The notes beneath the pieces were generated by a model. That model did no database searches, was not told the origin of the DNA, and worked only from the letters and a program-made list of their open reading frames with translations. The position numbers and the translations under genes were made by a program. A DNA stretch of 63,815 nt, filler included, from Intoshia linei (Eukaryota > Animalia > Orthonectida): the NCBI GenBank assembly GCA_001642005.1. It is 4 parts of 4 records of this genome, joined end to end, with 100 filler letters (N's around TTAATTAATTAA, not from the genome) between each part and the next. Parts side by side here need not be neighbours in the genome. Positions count along the whole stretch, not along the records: positions 1 to 8,522 come from LWCA01001496.1; positions 8,623 to 30,023 come from LWCA01000648.1; 2 more parts are not named here. One strand, written 5' to 3'. This document shows, piece after piece, positions 1 through 11,999 of this stretch (positions are counted from its first letter, which is position 1; each line of letters begins with the position of its first letter).

Positions 1-31
1 AAAACCACTAAAATAATATTAAATATTTATT

Positions 32-124
32 TTATTTATTTTTTTTCTTTGAGATTTGGTCTTTGAGAATAATTGTTCCAGCGACATAGAGACCCAAGGT
101 CAAAAACAAAAGAAAAACAGCCAT
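32..124 (-). CDS. Putative micropeptide (30 aa, MAVFLLFLTLGLYVAGTIILKDQISKKKNK), member of local small-ORF family
   Basis: Hand-translated ORF. ATG directly follows the conserved leader TCAGTTTCATTATATTAGAAATCAAGAATTCAAAAT shared with 5391 and 5854. The stop is followed by the family's conserved 3' flank. Confidence 0.4.
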   Translation of the reverse strand: MAVFLLFLTLGLYVAGTIILKDQISKKKNK

Positions 125-246
125 ATTTTGAATTCTTGATTTCTAATATAATGAAACTGAATTAATTTAGTTAACAATTGAAATTTAATACAAACAAAAT
201 TATTTAATAAATAAAATTAAATGCGAAAATGAAACTACATAATGTA

Positions 247-445
247 CACTGCGTTCCAAGTTATTATGCAAACATTAATAATTTAAAAAGTAGTCACTTA
301 ATTCTATTAATTTTTTTATCATATTTATATATTCAACTAATAATAATTTAACGTCCCAAGAAAAATTTAATGTATTCAAAAAAAATGAATACACGAAGAT
401 TTAAGAAAATTTTATGATTTTTGGTGTACCAAATTATTATGCAAA
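247..445 (+). mobile_element. Tc1/mariner-like left terminal region with IR/DR-type internal direct repeat
   Basis: TA|CACTGCGTTCCAAGTTATTATGCAA start; CCAAATTATTATGCAAA repeated at ~429-445. Matching right end not found. Confidence 0.35.
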
Positions 446-1809
446 TGAATATTAAACTATAATTTCAATGTTAATACGAATAAATAAATATTTTTAAATA
501 TTTAAATAATATAATTCATTGTATTTTAAACCAAATTCAAGCAAAAAAATGTAATTAAAGTTTTTATTTCTTGTAACCTAGTAGTTTCGATTCCAGCTAA
601 GTTATGTAATGCTTTTATTTTTTATTTTCATCTATTTCAATAGAACTTAGTTCAATGTATGATTCAAATTCTATAAAGAATGTTTCTGGATCTGTAACAA
701 TGATGCCATCTGCACTCATTATTTTTTGTGGTTTATTGAAGAGGTTCATGTCGTCGGCGCCAATGTGTTATTCGATGTGTACAATTAAGAAGTATAAAAA
801 TTTTTATTTCTATTATCGTTATTTTCCGTTACTTTAGTAATCATTTCTTTAGTTCGATATCACAATATCAATCTGTCATAAATATGAAATGACTTGTTAA
901 ATCGCAAGTGAATGTAAATAATTTTTTATATAACGATATTTATATTTTAAAAAAAATGTACCTTAAAATCAATTGTTTCCTTATGTAACTTTTAAAATAA
1001 AAATGTAACTTTTGTAACTATTAAATTTTAATTAGCTAATTAATATGCATAATATTAATATCATCATGCTTGTAATTTCATGCCGATAAACATAACAAAA
1101 ATTAACTTTATTAACTTTTGGCCGCCCTAATTATAACTTAATTTATAAAAATTCGATTGGTCATTAATATATACGCGTTTTAAAAAGTTACAGAATTAAT
1201 TTTCCCATACGTTATTTAAGAAAATTAATAATAATGCTGATGAATTTAAAAAGCATCCCACAATTTACGTTGTATAAAATTATAAGACTTGTCTAATTTT
1301 AACTAAAAAGAGTAATTTGGTAAAATGAGAGTGTAAAAAGGTTAAATCCTAATAATATTAACAATGATGATTAAACAGTGATTGGCTTGTATATATGTAC
1401 ATTTGTGATAATTTCATACTAGGTTTTAGGTGTTATGTCAAAATGGGCCTACACATTAATTGAATTATATCTGGTAAAAATAATTGCTGATGTATAAATA
1501 AATTGAAAATCTATTTAAAATTTAAATAAGTATGTAGGTTTAAATAAAAATGAATAACCTAATATGAAAAAAATGATCTAAATTGAATATTGATAATGGA
1601 ACAACCAATTTATACAAAAATGGTTACGTAAGTTAAAAAAGTACATATAGTGTATAAATTTTAAACGTAATCAAGATAAAAATTCATCAATCAAACATAA
1701 AACGAGATGTATATTCAAAATTGTTTAGCTCCATAATGTACAGAAAATTTGTATTAAATTTCAAAATCTATCATTAAATTGATTCACTTTAATTAAATTG
1801 GAAAGTTAG

Positions 1810-2735
1810 TAACATATTCTAATATCGTTTTTCGAGGGTGATGTTTTATCGTTTAATTTAATTATCAGAAATTGAATCCTTCAAGGTTAAAAATACTAAT
1901 TGTACTTTTTTTAAAATTCAAACGAGTTTTAGAATTATAAAAAATACACAATCTAATAATTTTAAAAATCAAATTTATCAATGTTGATGATTTTAAAATC
2001 TTACATTTTCACGTCCAAAACCCCAAATTACCCTTTTTTGTAAAATTAAAAAGTCCTAAAATTGTATACAAGAGTGCTTTCCAACCATTTTTGGTTGACG
2101 ACACACATTTTTATCTTAAAAATTTTCTCGACAAACCAGTAAAAAAATAAACTATTGAATAATAAATTTGGTGAAACCAATTTTTTTCTAATACTAATCT
2201 CAAAATAAGCTATATAAAATTAATCTTTCTCATCATTTACTTATATAAAATTGAATGTTTGTGTTACTGTATATTATAAAATTTAACCGTCGTAGAATTC
2301 AAAAAACCCATTTTCTAATAGAGTTTTTCGCTGGGGGTGTTGATATCTATTTTTCAGATTATTGAATAGTCTTTTCTGCTATTGAGTGTGGCTTTTTAGT
2401 TTTTGTTACTATTTGAGCAACCAGTCACTGGCCTCCTAACTCTATCTTATATTTTCACTGTCTCGTAAAAATTTCACATTGCTTTTTTACACATTGATTC
2501 TTATATTTTATGTTACCTGTGTGGGGTATAATAAAATTTTCTTGGAAATTGGTGGTTCGTGTATAATTTGAATTGGGAACCACTGCTTTAAAATTTGAAT
2601 GGTAACATGTTTGCTAATACATGTATTTACATGTTTATTTAAAATTAAATTTTATTTTTTGGAGGTAAAATTTGAAACATATGCCCTCGGCAGAACTAGC
2701 TAGTTTTTATACGAAGTACAAATCAGTCAAGCTAG
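1810..2735 (+). mobile_element. Nested Helitron-like repeat segments (5' terminus at 2233, 3' terminus at 2735) with hAT-like MITE remnant (~2072-2585)
   Basis: A|TCATTTACTTATATAAAA at 2233; TACGAAGTA hairpin then CAAGCTAG|T at 2735; TTGGGAACCACTG hAT-like end at ~2585. Confidence 0.55.
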
Positions 2736-2980
2736 TATAATATAATAGTATCTAAGAATATATTTGTAAAAGATGAATGTTTGTGCATATGTTAATACAT
2801 ATAATTCATACTAGATCCTAGTAACTAGGGTGTCAATTTTTTTGACAAATTGTCGAATTTTGTTGGCGCCTAGTTTTAATAGTGTGCATTTTTGGATTTA
2901 TAATATTATTCTGCATTCTTGTTTTATAAATTAACGATTCTATCAAACCATAATGAAAAAACCACTTAGTTCAATTTTTC

Positions 2981-3819
2981 ATATGTTTTGTGATGCATAA
3001 TGCGATTAAACCAGAATAAGAATGTTATGGTATTGAAGGAGAATTCGACGATGTTTGAAATATATTAAATACGATAAAGATATATACTACATGGTGACGT
3101 ATCGTATATCATGGGATTACAAAAAAATGATCGGAAACGAAATAATGACTTGGTTTCATGTTGAAATATATTCCGAAACATTTATGAGTTATTTGTGCAA
3201 AAGGAACAATATATCAGGAAGATATTTATGAAATGTATAAAACCANAAAACTTGGAAATAACAAATTTTATATATTAAACATTAACATTGAATTTTGTTA
3301 AACTGATCAAGTAAACAATCGAGCTAATACCTCTTGAATTCTTGATTTCGTTACATATATAAAATTAAAAATTTGTCCAAATTTTTTTTTTTAAAACCAA
3401 AATTCAGAGAAGTAATTTCATTTTCTTTAAATAATTTTGTTTTAGTATGGAATTAATTACAATTCCTATACAATTGGAAGGAAGGATTTTAAGAGCCTTA
3501 ATTGATTCCGGAAGTGCAGATAGCTACATATCGGAACAATATACGGGTAATAACATATGTTTTGTGATGCATAATGCGATTAAACCAGAATAAGAATGTT
3601 ATGGTATTGAAGGAGAATTCGACGATGTTTGAAATATATTAAATACGATAAAGATATATACTACATGGTGACGTATCGTATATCATGGGATTACAAAAAA
3701 ATGATCGGAAACGAAATAATGACTTGGTTTTATGTTGAAATATATTCCGAAACATTTATGAGTTATTTGTGCAAAAGGAACAATATATCAGGAAGATATT
3801 TATGAAATGTATAAAACCA
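2981..3819. repeat. Near-identical ~265-bp direct duplication (2981-3245 and 3556-3819)
   Basis: Direct sequence comparison; the first copy ends at the single N at 3246. Confidence 0.85.
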
Positions 3820-3838
3820 CTAAAAAAATATTAAATAT

Positions 3839-3943
3839 TTATTTACATTTTAAACATTTACATTGTTGGACTTTCTTATTTTTAGATTCGTTAACAGCAA
3901 CACCGGTACCAACACAAAGAACAATTCCACATGCGACAGCCAT
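3839..3943 (-). CDS. Putative micropeptide (34 aa, MAVACGIVLCVGTGVAVNESKNKKVQQCKCLKCK), possibly a degenerate family member
   Basis: Hand-translated. CGIV...GVAVNESKNKK aligns with CGIV...GVAIYEARNRKK of the 5854 ORF. The family start upstream reads ATA rather than ATG, and the signal-like segment is in another frame. Confidence 0.35.
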   Translation of the reverse strand: MAVACGIVLCVGTGVAVNESKNKKVQQCKCLKCK

Positions 3944-5390
3944 TGAAGAATATCAATAATTTCAACGGTAAGCCAACTTAATAGTATAGGAATTATATTT
4001 TGAATTTTTTTAACTTGATTTCCAATATAATGAAACTCATTTAATTTAGTTAACGACTTTACCGTTGCAATACAAACAAAATTTTTTATGTAATGTGTTA
4101 ATATAAACTGATTATAATCAGTATCGAACTTACTGTACCTGAGCCCTCTTCGGGTTCTCGTCGAAATATTTGTAAAATGGGGCTTCATTTTTCCAAATCA
4201 AGCATTAAAAAATTATATTCTTCAATATAATAACTATTTAATGTGTTATTTTTTAAATATCAAGTCAAGAGTTTTAGAGAGATTGTTGGGTTATATGACA
4301 CTATGCATTGCATAGTTTGTTCAAAAAATATTTTAGGATTTTACAGTGAAAATGTTTTGAATGTTTCATTATAAATCTTTTTAAAACAATATGAATCAAA
4401 GAAACTTATGTTTATCACATAATATTTGGGGAGTTTATTTATCTCAATTTTTGTAAATTCTTATTTCTGTATACTACATCGATTCTATACACTCACAGTT
4501 GTACTGTATTTTTATTCAAATTATAGTTTCGTTGTCACATGTAATATTTATTTATCAGAAAATTATATTTGTACAATTTTTTGTTAAATTTCAATCCTTG
4601 AGTAAATGGTTTTATTTTATAATTTAATTAATTTAATTAGTTATTAATAATTTGTTTTTAAATTGAGCATTAAAAAAATGATTTCTTGAATATCACAACT
4701 ATTTTGTGTAAAATTTAAAATAACAAGTCAAGAGCATTAGTGAGATCGTGATAATGGGTGTATAATCTTAAAAATTGTCATAAATAGCTTAAATTCCAGA
4801 AAAAAACATTTGGTATTAATAATTAACGGAATCAGCCCTTTAAAACATATTTCGGGTATATTTTACCAACATTGTTATACGTATAGATATTTGTATCAGT
4901 ACAATATTTTCTTTCATTTGTAGGATGGTTAATTATTTCAAATTTTTTGTTTTAATAAAATAGTTTCGAAATAAAAAAAATTAATACTATACTGCTTTTT
5001 TCACCGTGAAGGCGTCATTTAATCAGATTAAAATTTTTGGTGTGTGTTAGCAGGATACAACTGTACCACCTGTAATTTTTTTTAAATTCTACGGTTTTTT
5101 CTCAATTATAAGCAGACCACTGAAATACAAATTTAACCATACATTTCAATTTTTAAAATTTGATTCTAACTTGATTTTTGTGGTTTTTATTGACGTTCAA
5201 ATTTCGGTCATTTGAAAACGTCTATAAACATTATTGCATAAATAACAGAAATTTGAACGTCGATAGGGCTCATTGTGTAATTTCGTTTTGGCATTTAATT
5301 TTATTTATTAGAAAATTTTGTTTGTATTAAATTTCAATCGTTAACTATATTCATTCAGTTTCATTATATTAGAAATTAAGAATTCAAAAT

Positions 5391-5543
5391 ATGCATTCTA
5401 TTTTACCTTTTCAAATCATTTTACTTATTGGATTGCTGATAAACAGAGTTCAAGGGTTTCTTTTTATGTGCACTGTGCTATGCTGTATAATGGGAAGAAA
5501 CTCATGTTTTTCACATTATTTTGGGATGGGTTTATTTACCTAA
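5391..5543 (+). CDS. Putative secreted Cys-containing peptide (50 aa, MHSILPFQIILLIGLLINRVQGFLFMCTVLCCIMGRNSCFSHYFGMGLFT)
   Basis: Hand-translated. Signal-peptide-like N-terminus nearly identical to the 5854 ORF; same conserved leader. Confidence 0.4.
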   Translation: MHSILPFQIILLIGLLINRVQGFLFMCTVLCCIMGRNSCFSHYFGMGLFT

Positions 5544-5853
5544 GTTTTATTATATTAGAAGTCAAGAATTCAAAATTTATTTGAAACACTTGCTGACTGT
5601 ATTATTTTGCTTTCTAATAAAAATATATCTTCTAGATTCTTTGGACAATGTTTTGCATAGATTTTATCCTTTCTTAATTCTTCTACATTGGTTGTATACA
5701 CTAAAAGTCTTAGTTTTAAAGTATACATTATGTAGTTTTGTTTTAGCATTTAATTTTATTTATTAGAAAATTTTTGTTTGTATTAAAGTTGAATTGTTAA
5801 CTAAATTGATTCAGTTTTATTATATTGGAAATCAAGTTAAAAAAATTCAAAAT

Positions 5854-6051
5854 ATGCATTCTATTTTACATTTTCAAATCATTTTACTTATTGGATGGCT
5901 GACTAACAGTGTTCTAAGCTGTATTTTTACTTGCGCTGGATGTGGGATTGTCATGGCGTGTAGTGTTTCAGGTGTTGGAGTTGCCGCTGTTATTGCTGCT
6001 GTCGGTGTTGCTATTTACGAAGCTCGGAATAGAAAGAAAAAGAAAAAATAA
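5854..6051 (+). CDS. Putative small secreted/membrane peptide (65 aa): signal-like N-terminus, Cys cluster, Gly/Ala/Val helix, polybasic tail
   Basis: First ATG in the 5794 ORF; GC-richer than surroundings; AATAAA downstream; paralogous segments nearby. Confidence 0.5.
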   Translation: MHSILHFQIILLIGWLTNSVLSCIFTCAGCGIVMACSVSGVGVAAVIAAVGVAIYEARNRKKKKK

Positions 6052-7029
6052 AAATTTATAAAATAAATATTTAACATTATTTTAGGGGTTTTATACATTT
6101 CATAAATACCTTCCTGATATATTGTTCCTTTTGTAAAATTAACCCATATAGTATGTAGATTGAATACAATCAGTTTCGAACCTACTGTACCCGATCTTTC
6201 TTTGGGTTCTCGACAAAATATTTATCAAATCAGATTTCATTTTTGATTCAAATTGAGCATTAAAAAAATGATTTTTTAAATCACAACTATTTTGTGTAAA
6301 ATTTAAAATATCAAGTCAAGAGCCTTAGTGAGATTGTGATAATGGGTGCATAATCTTGAAAATAAAGTCAAAATAGTACAATCCTAAAAATTGTCATAAA
6401 TAGCATAAATTCCAGAAAAAAGAAAATTGTATATATACCGGTATTTTCTTTTTTAAATATGATGGTATATATTCAGATTTGCTTTGGATAAGAAAAAAAC
6501 ATTTTTTATTAATAATTAACATAATCAGCCGTTTAAAAACATATTTCGGGTGCATTTTACCAACATTGTAATATGTATAGATATTTGTATCAGTACAATG
6601 TGTTTTTTTCATTTGTAGAATGGTTAATTATTTCAAATTTTTTGTTTTAATAAAATAGTTTCGAAATGAAAATAATTAATACTATAGACAATAGTCTATA
6701 GTGCTTTTTTCACCGTAAAGGCGTCATTTAATCAAATTGAAATTTTTTGTGCGTGTTAACAAAATATAACTGTACCACCTGTAATTTTTTTTAAATTCTA
6801 CTGTCTTTTCTCGATTATAAGCAAACCACTGAAATACAAATTTTCAGTGAAATTTTTAACTAAATAAAATTTGAATATAAGCAGTTTCTGCTTGACAAGA
6901 AAGCAATTAAAAACTGACAAATATATAATTGAATACTGACAAAATACTTTTTATAATTGATATTTTAGTGTGTATACTGACAATTTTATGTTGAAAATAC
7001 AGTTAATTTTTTATTAAAAAATGTCAGTA

Positions 7030-7776
7030 TTTTAAAAGTTCCGAAGGAATTAATTATATAGATTTTCGCCCATATTTCTTTATTGGAAATGTGTAGATGT
7101 TCAATGCACATTTTTATTGAAATTGTAGGATCAATATTTACATTTTCAATTATTTTAATTGAAATATTTGAAAAATATTGGTTGAGAATATATTAAAAAT
7201 TATTTTTTATCGGGAATGCGTAGATTTCTCGGGTTGAACTTTTGTATTTATATCAACTGGAATAAGCTCTATCAGAATAATTTTTTTTTTTAATTTTCGG
7301 ACTGTTAATTATTTCACATTTTTTGTTTTAATAAAATATTTCAAAAAAAAAATATGAATACTAAAATTCTTGCTCGACAGAGAAGTCTTCACTTATTCGG
7401 ATTTAAATTTTCTGTGTGTTAACAGGATACAACTGCACCACATGTAATTTTTTCAAATTATAGGGCTGTTTTTATTAAAAAAAAAAGGTAATTTGTGGTT
7501 TTGGCCTGAAAATATTTTTTTTAAATTTAAATTTATGATTTTAAAATCTGTATTAGAGTGTACATTTTTTTAAATTCTTGAACTCGTTTGATTTTCAAAA
7601 AAAAGGATAATTGAGCTTTTTAACCCGTAAGATGTGAGTTTAGGAGGTTGAAATTTATCTTACTTTTACCCGGAAAAAACTGTAATAGAAATGTGGACTT
7701 TATAAAATTCTAAGACTGGTAGTTATTGAAATAAACGATAACACAGACAAACAAAGCATATTATATAAGTAAGGAT
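7030..7776 (-). mobile_element. Non-autonomous Helitron-like dispersed repeat copy
   Basis: Shares GTTAACAGGATACAACTG and CTGGAATAAGCT cores with many other copies; ends in TATATAAGTAAGGA|T (reverse of the 5' A|TCC terminus). Confidence 0.6.
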
Positions 7777-7938
7777 ATGCAGCAGTTAAAAAATATAGAA
7801 ATGCTAACAAATTTCAAATGTTTCCAACACGCATAGTATTAATTATTTTTGAAAATAAAACATTATTTTTTACTCATTTTAACACATTTATAACATAATA
7901 TCTATAAATAACAAATGTATAAGGCAACTCCAAAACAT

Positions 7939-8263
7939 GATGGGAAGAAACTCATGTTCTTTACATTATTTTGGGATGGGTTTATTTACCTAAGTTTTAT
8001 TATAGTAGAAGTCAAGAATTCAAAATTTATTTGAAACACTTGCTGACTGTATTATTTTGCTTTCTAATAAAAATATATCTTCTAGATTCTTTGGACAATG
8101 TTTTGCATAGATTTCATCCTTTTTTAATTCTTCTACATTAGTTGTATACACTGAAAGTCTTAGTTTTAAAGTATACATTATGTAGTTTCGTTTTCGCATT
8201 TAATTTTATTTATTAGAAAATTTTTGTTTGTATTAAAGTTGAATTGTTAACTAAATTGATTCA
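7939..8263 (+). repeat. Near-identical copy of 5489-5813
   Basis: ATGGGAAGAAACTCATGTT...CTAAATTGATTCA matches with few substitutions. Confidence 0.9.
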
Positions 8264-8522
8264 ACCATACTGTATTATCATAAATTATGATATATGTATT
8301 ATCATATATGTAAATTATCATAATTATATTTTTTAAAAGATTCCTGAATGAATCCATCTTCATCTATAGATCTTTTTGCTAAATAATTATCTATCATTGG
8401 TTGATTTCAATTTTTATCGTCACGAGTAATATTATGTACAACCTTTAAATAGTATGATAAAGATGAGGTAGAACCACCACCACATTTAATTTTTTTGGAA
8501 CACGCAGTACATGTGGCTTCAC

Positions 8523-8622
8523 NNNNNNNNNNNNNNNNNNNNNNNNNNNNNNNNNNNNNNNNNNNNTTAATTAATTAANNNNNNNNNNNNNNNNNNNNNN
8601 NNNNNNNNNNNNNNNNNNNNNN
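8523..8622. other. Assembly gap with TTAATTAATTAA spacer
   Basis: N run with the same central spacer as the other two gaps. Confidence 0.97.
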
Positions 8623-9028
8623 CTTCCTAATGACATATCGAAATAACATTTCAAAAAAAATGGCATCTCTCCAGCCGAAATACTTTATGGTTACAGAATA
8701 TCTATGCCTTCTTATTTCCCAAGTCAAGCCTCAAATTACAACATATTCAAACAATGAAAATACAACAGGAAAAGTACCTCTGCAGAATAAAACGAAATTA
8801 CGACAAAAACGTTGCAAAAAAACCAAGCTATCACCATCTAAACTATACAGAAAACTTACCAAAACTCTCAAAAACACAAGAAATTTACAAACGCCATTCC
8901 ATCAAGATACCCAAACGTTTTAATGAGTATGCATTTTTTTGAGAAGGGAACTGTATCAATATAACTGTAATATTAATAAACTACAATTCGATTTAGATCT
9001 AGCTTATAGCCACGAGAAACTATATTCA
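8623..9028 (+). mobile_element. Possible 3' end of a degenerate LTR (Gypsy-like) retrotransposon
   Basis: ORF ends ...KRHSIKIPKRFNEY, resembling Gypsy pol C-termini; purine tract GAGAAGGGAA at 8941-8950 precedes TGT at 8952; AATAAA follows. Confidence 0.3.
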
Positions 9029-10999
9029 AAATATAATTTTTTGTATGCTTAATTAATATGTTTATGTATGTTTAATGTTTAATGTATGTTAAAGTATGTT
9101 TAATTGAATATTTGAGATAATTGCCAAAAACTTTATATGAATCCTTACTTACGCAAAATTACATATCTGTAAAAATGATTCGTAAATTAAAGTTGTTCTA
9201 CGGGTTTATTCTAAAATTTAAATCAAAACATTTATTAGGAAGCTATCTTAAATTTTATATTTAATTAAAAATTTTGTATCAGAAATGTAAATCTAAAGTT
9301 TACACTATAAAATAATTATAATTTAAATAAATTTTTTTTTTTATTTCTATCAACATTTCATTAAATTATGCAATATTAAAACATTTGTTTCATGGATCTT
9401 ATGCGACAAAGGTATTACTCACGAAAAAGTTATTACATATTACTGTTATCAAGTGACACATGCGTACAAAAAATATTTTCCTTCCAACCTTTCAAAAAGG
9501 GACTTGCCACTACAATGTCGCCAATCAATTAGTATAACAAAAATGATGGTAATAAATCTAACCTGTAATAATAAATATAATATATAATTGAACATAAAAA
9601 AGTTATCAATTTTGTAATCTATTAAATCAAAATTTCTAAATCTTTTGTGCTCATAAAATAAATATTTACATATGAAACGATTTAGTAGTTGTCAAAAAAA
9701 GAAGAAATTAATTAAAAATATTGATTATACATATTCAGTGTGTTATTAAAAATATTGAAAATACATTTATCATGAATACAACTTTTTGATTTACACTACA
9801 TTATAATAAAATTATAATTTTACAATTTTACAATTACAATTTTTACAATTTTAATACATCAAATATAGTTAAATCATATTAAACTTTTAAATTTTATAAT
9901 TCATAATGACTTATATGAAAGCTTTACATTGAAGAGTCAAATTTAAAATTTAAGAATAGCAAAATCAATTTGAAACAAATATGTCGATTAAAAAGCATAC
10001 TATTGAATACTTTTAATAACGTAAAACTATTGCATGTCTTTAAGTTATATTTATAGTGTTTTGAACCTGTACTTTGAACACAACAGTTTAATTCAATCAT
10101 ATATTTAGTGGATACGACTCTATACTTTGTCTTGTACCATTCAAAAAATTATTCAATATTTTGACATTTATTATAATTAATCAATATGGTGTACCTAATA
10201 ATTATAATGCATTTGGATTAAACGTAAAATATTATTGAATTATTTTATTAAAATAATACTAGACTTTGCTGGAATTGGAATTATATTTATTTTTGTATTA
10301 TAGTATATAGCCGATACATCTCTCAATATTAATTTACTGGATTAATGGAGAATAAAAAAAAGTTTTTTCACTTCATTTCAATTCTTTTTACTATTGCTAC
10401 ATATATAAATACCATCATGTTTGCCTTTGGAAAATATAATGACAGTAATCATATATAATTAATAATTTTATTCTTACGTATAATAATATATTTCCATAAT
10501 AAAAACTACAATATTTTTGAACATATCAATCAAGATTTGAATATAATATGTTTGAATTAATACAATTCTTGTTTTAAGTAATATTTCTCGGTTTGCATAT
10601 ATGTTTGTACCATTGTCAATGGTCCATTCTACTTTTAAAATGTTTTAAATGGTAAAATGTGCACAAAGCTATAGTTAAATTAAAATAATTACCATATTCG
10701 GGCATATAAATACAGTGCAGTACATTTTAATAAATAATATTTGATACAAACCGTGTATTGTTCGGTAAATAAACTATGAGTCAATGAATGTATCCAAAAA
10801 ACAATTTTTCATGCATAAAAAAACAAATTAATTATTCATAAATATGAAGTATATATTTTATATACCGTGTTTGGTCATATATGTCCCAGACATATAAGTA
10901 TCAGTAACTCATTTTTTTGTAATTGTAATTATTGATCTGTTCTATAATATTCTTATTTACTATATATAAGCAAGTAAACTGTACATTGTACGTAAATTA

Positions 11000-11490
11000 A
11001 TTATTTTATATTTTTTGTTTTAATAAAATATTTCCGAAAAAAAATATATGAATACTAAAATGCTTTTTTGACCGTGAAATCGTCACTTATCAGATTGAAA
11101 TTTTTTGTGTGTGTTAACAGAATACAACTGTACCACCGGTAAATTTTTTTAAATTCTAGGGCTGTTTTCATTAAAAAAAAAGGGTAATTTGTGGTTTTGG
11201 CCCTGAAGATATAATTTTTTTTAAATTTAAATTTATGATAATGTTTATGATTTTAAAATTTGTATCACAGTGTATATTTTTTTATATTCTCGAATTCGTT
11301 TGATTTTAAAAAAGAGGGGAAATGGGGGGTTTGACAGGTAAGATGTAAATTTCGAAGGTTGAAATTTATATTACTTTAACTTCCGAAAAAAACTGTTATA
11401 GAAATGTGGACTTTATAAAATTTTAAGATTCGTAGTTATTGAAATAAACGATAACACACAGACAAGCAAAGCATTTTATATAAGAAATGA
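11000..11490 (-). mobile_element. Helitron-like dispersed repeat copy
   Basis: Highly similar to 7305-7776 and 58620-58928. Confidence 0.6.
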
Positions 11491-11999
11491 TAATAAAATT
11501 AAGCATAATTATGCTTATTTGAAAGAATTTTTCTCTAAATGATTGATAAAATCCGATTTTCTCAAAATTAATTGATACAAAATTTATAATAAATTTTAAT
11601 TGATTGACAGCATTACCTGCGCATCATTGAAATCTACAAGTTTTGTTCATTCCATTGAAAAATTTGCTTAAAAGTGTTACTCATTTTCTCTCATATACAA
11701 CGTATAATATACATTGTATAATATACATATTGGAAGGTTATAAACTTTTAATTTAATTTTTTCTTTAATAATAAATTAATTTATAAATTTTTTTAATAGA
11801 ATAGGCTAAACATTATTATAATATAAACTATTTTAATGTTATGGTAAATATTAAATTTCATTTTCCAAAATTGAGTTATTCAGTGTCAAACACTTAATTT
11901 TATTTTTTTATAAATGAAATGAGCACAAAAATTAAAAAATGACATATCTTTTGGAAGGCGTTTGAAATTCATTACAATTTTTCAGACTTTCAAAAACTT

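Larger units (their letters stand above)
4110..6845. repeat. Local segmental duplication (about 4110-4270 and 4650-5130 versus 6160-6845)
   Basis: Shared blocks such as AATCAGT(A/T)TCGAAC(T/C)TACTGTACC, CAAGTCAAGAGC...GTGATAATGGGTG and GACCACTGAAATACAAATTT. Confidence 0.75.

Noticed and set aside
3850-4188. 112-aa ORF from the track as a real gene
   Set aside because: It runs through conserved non-coding leader and repeat sequence; similarity to the paralogue switches frame near 3943.
8567-8578. TTAATTAATTAA island inside N runs (also in the other two gaps)
   Set aside because: Identical placement in all three gaps indicates an artificial scaffolding spacer with stops in all frames.
9380-10700. 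Possible cryptic minus-strand exons
   Set aside because: Could not assemble a consistent reading frame or recognise a motif.
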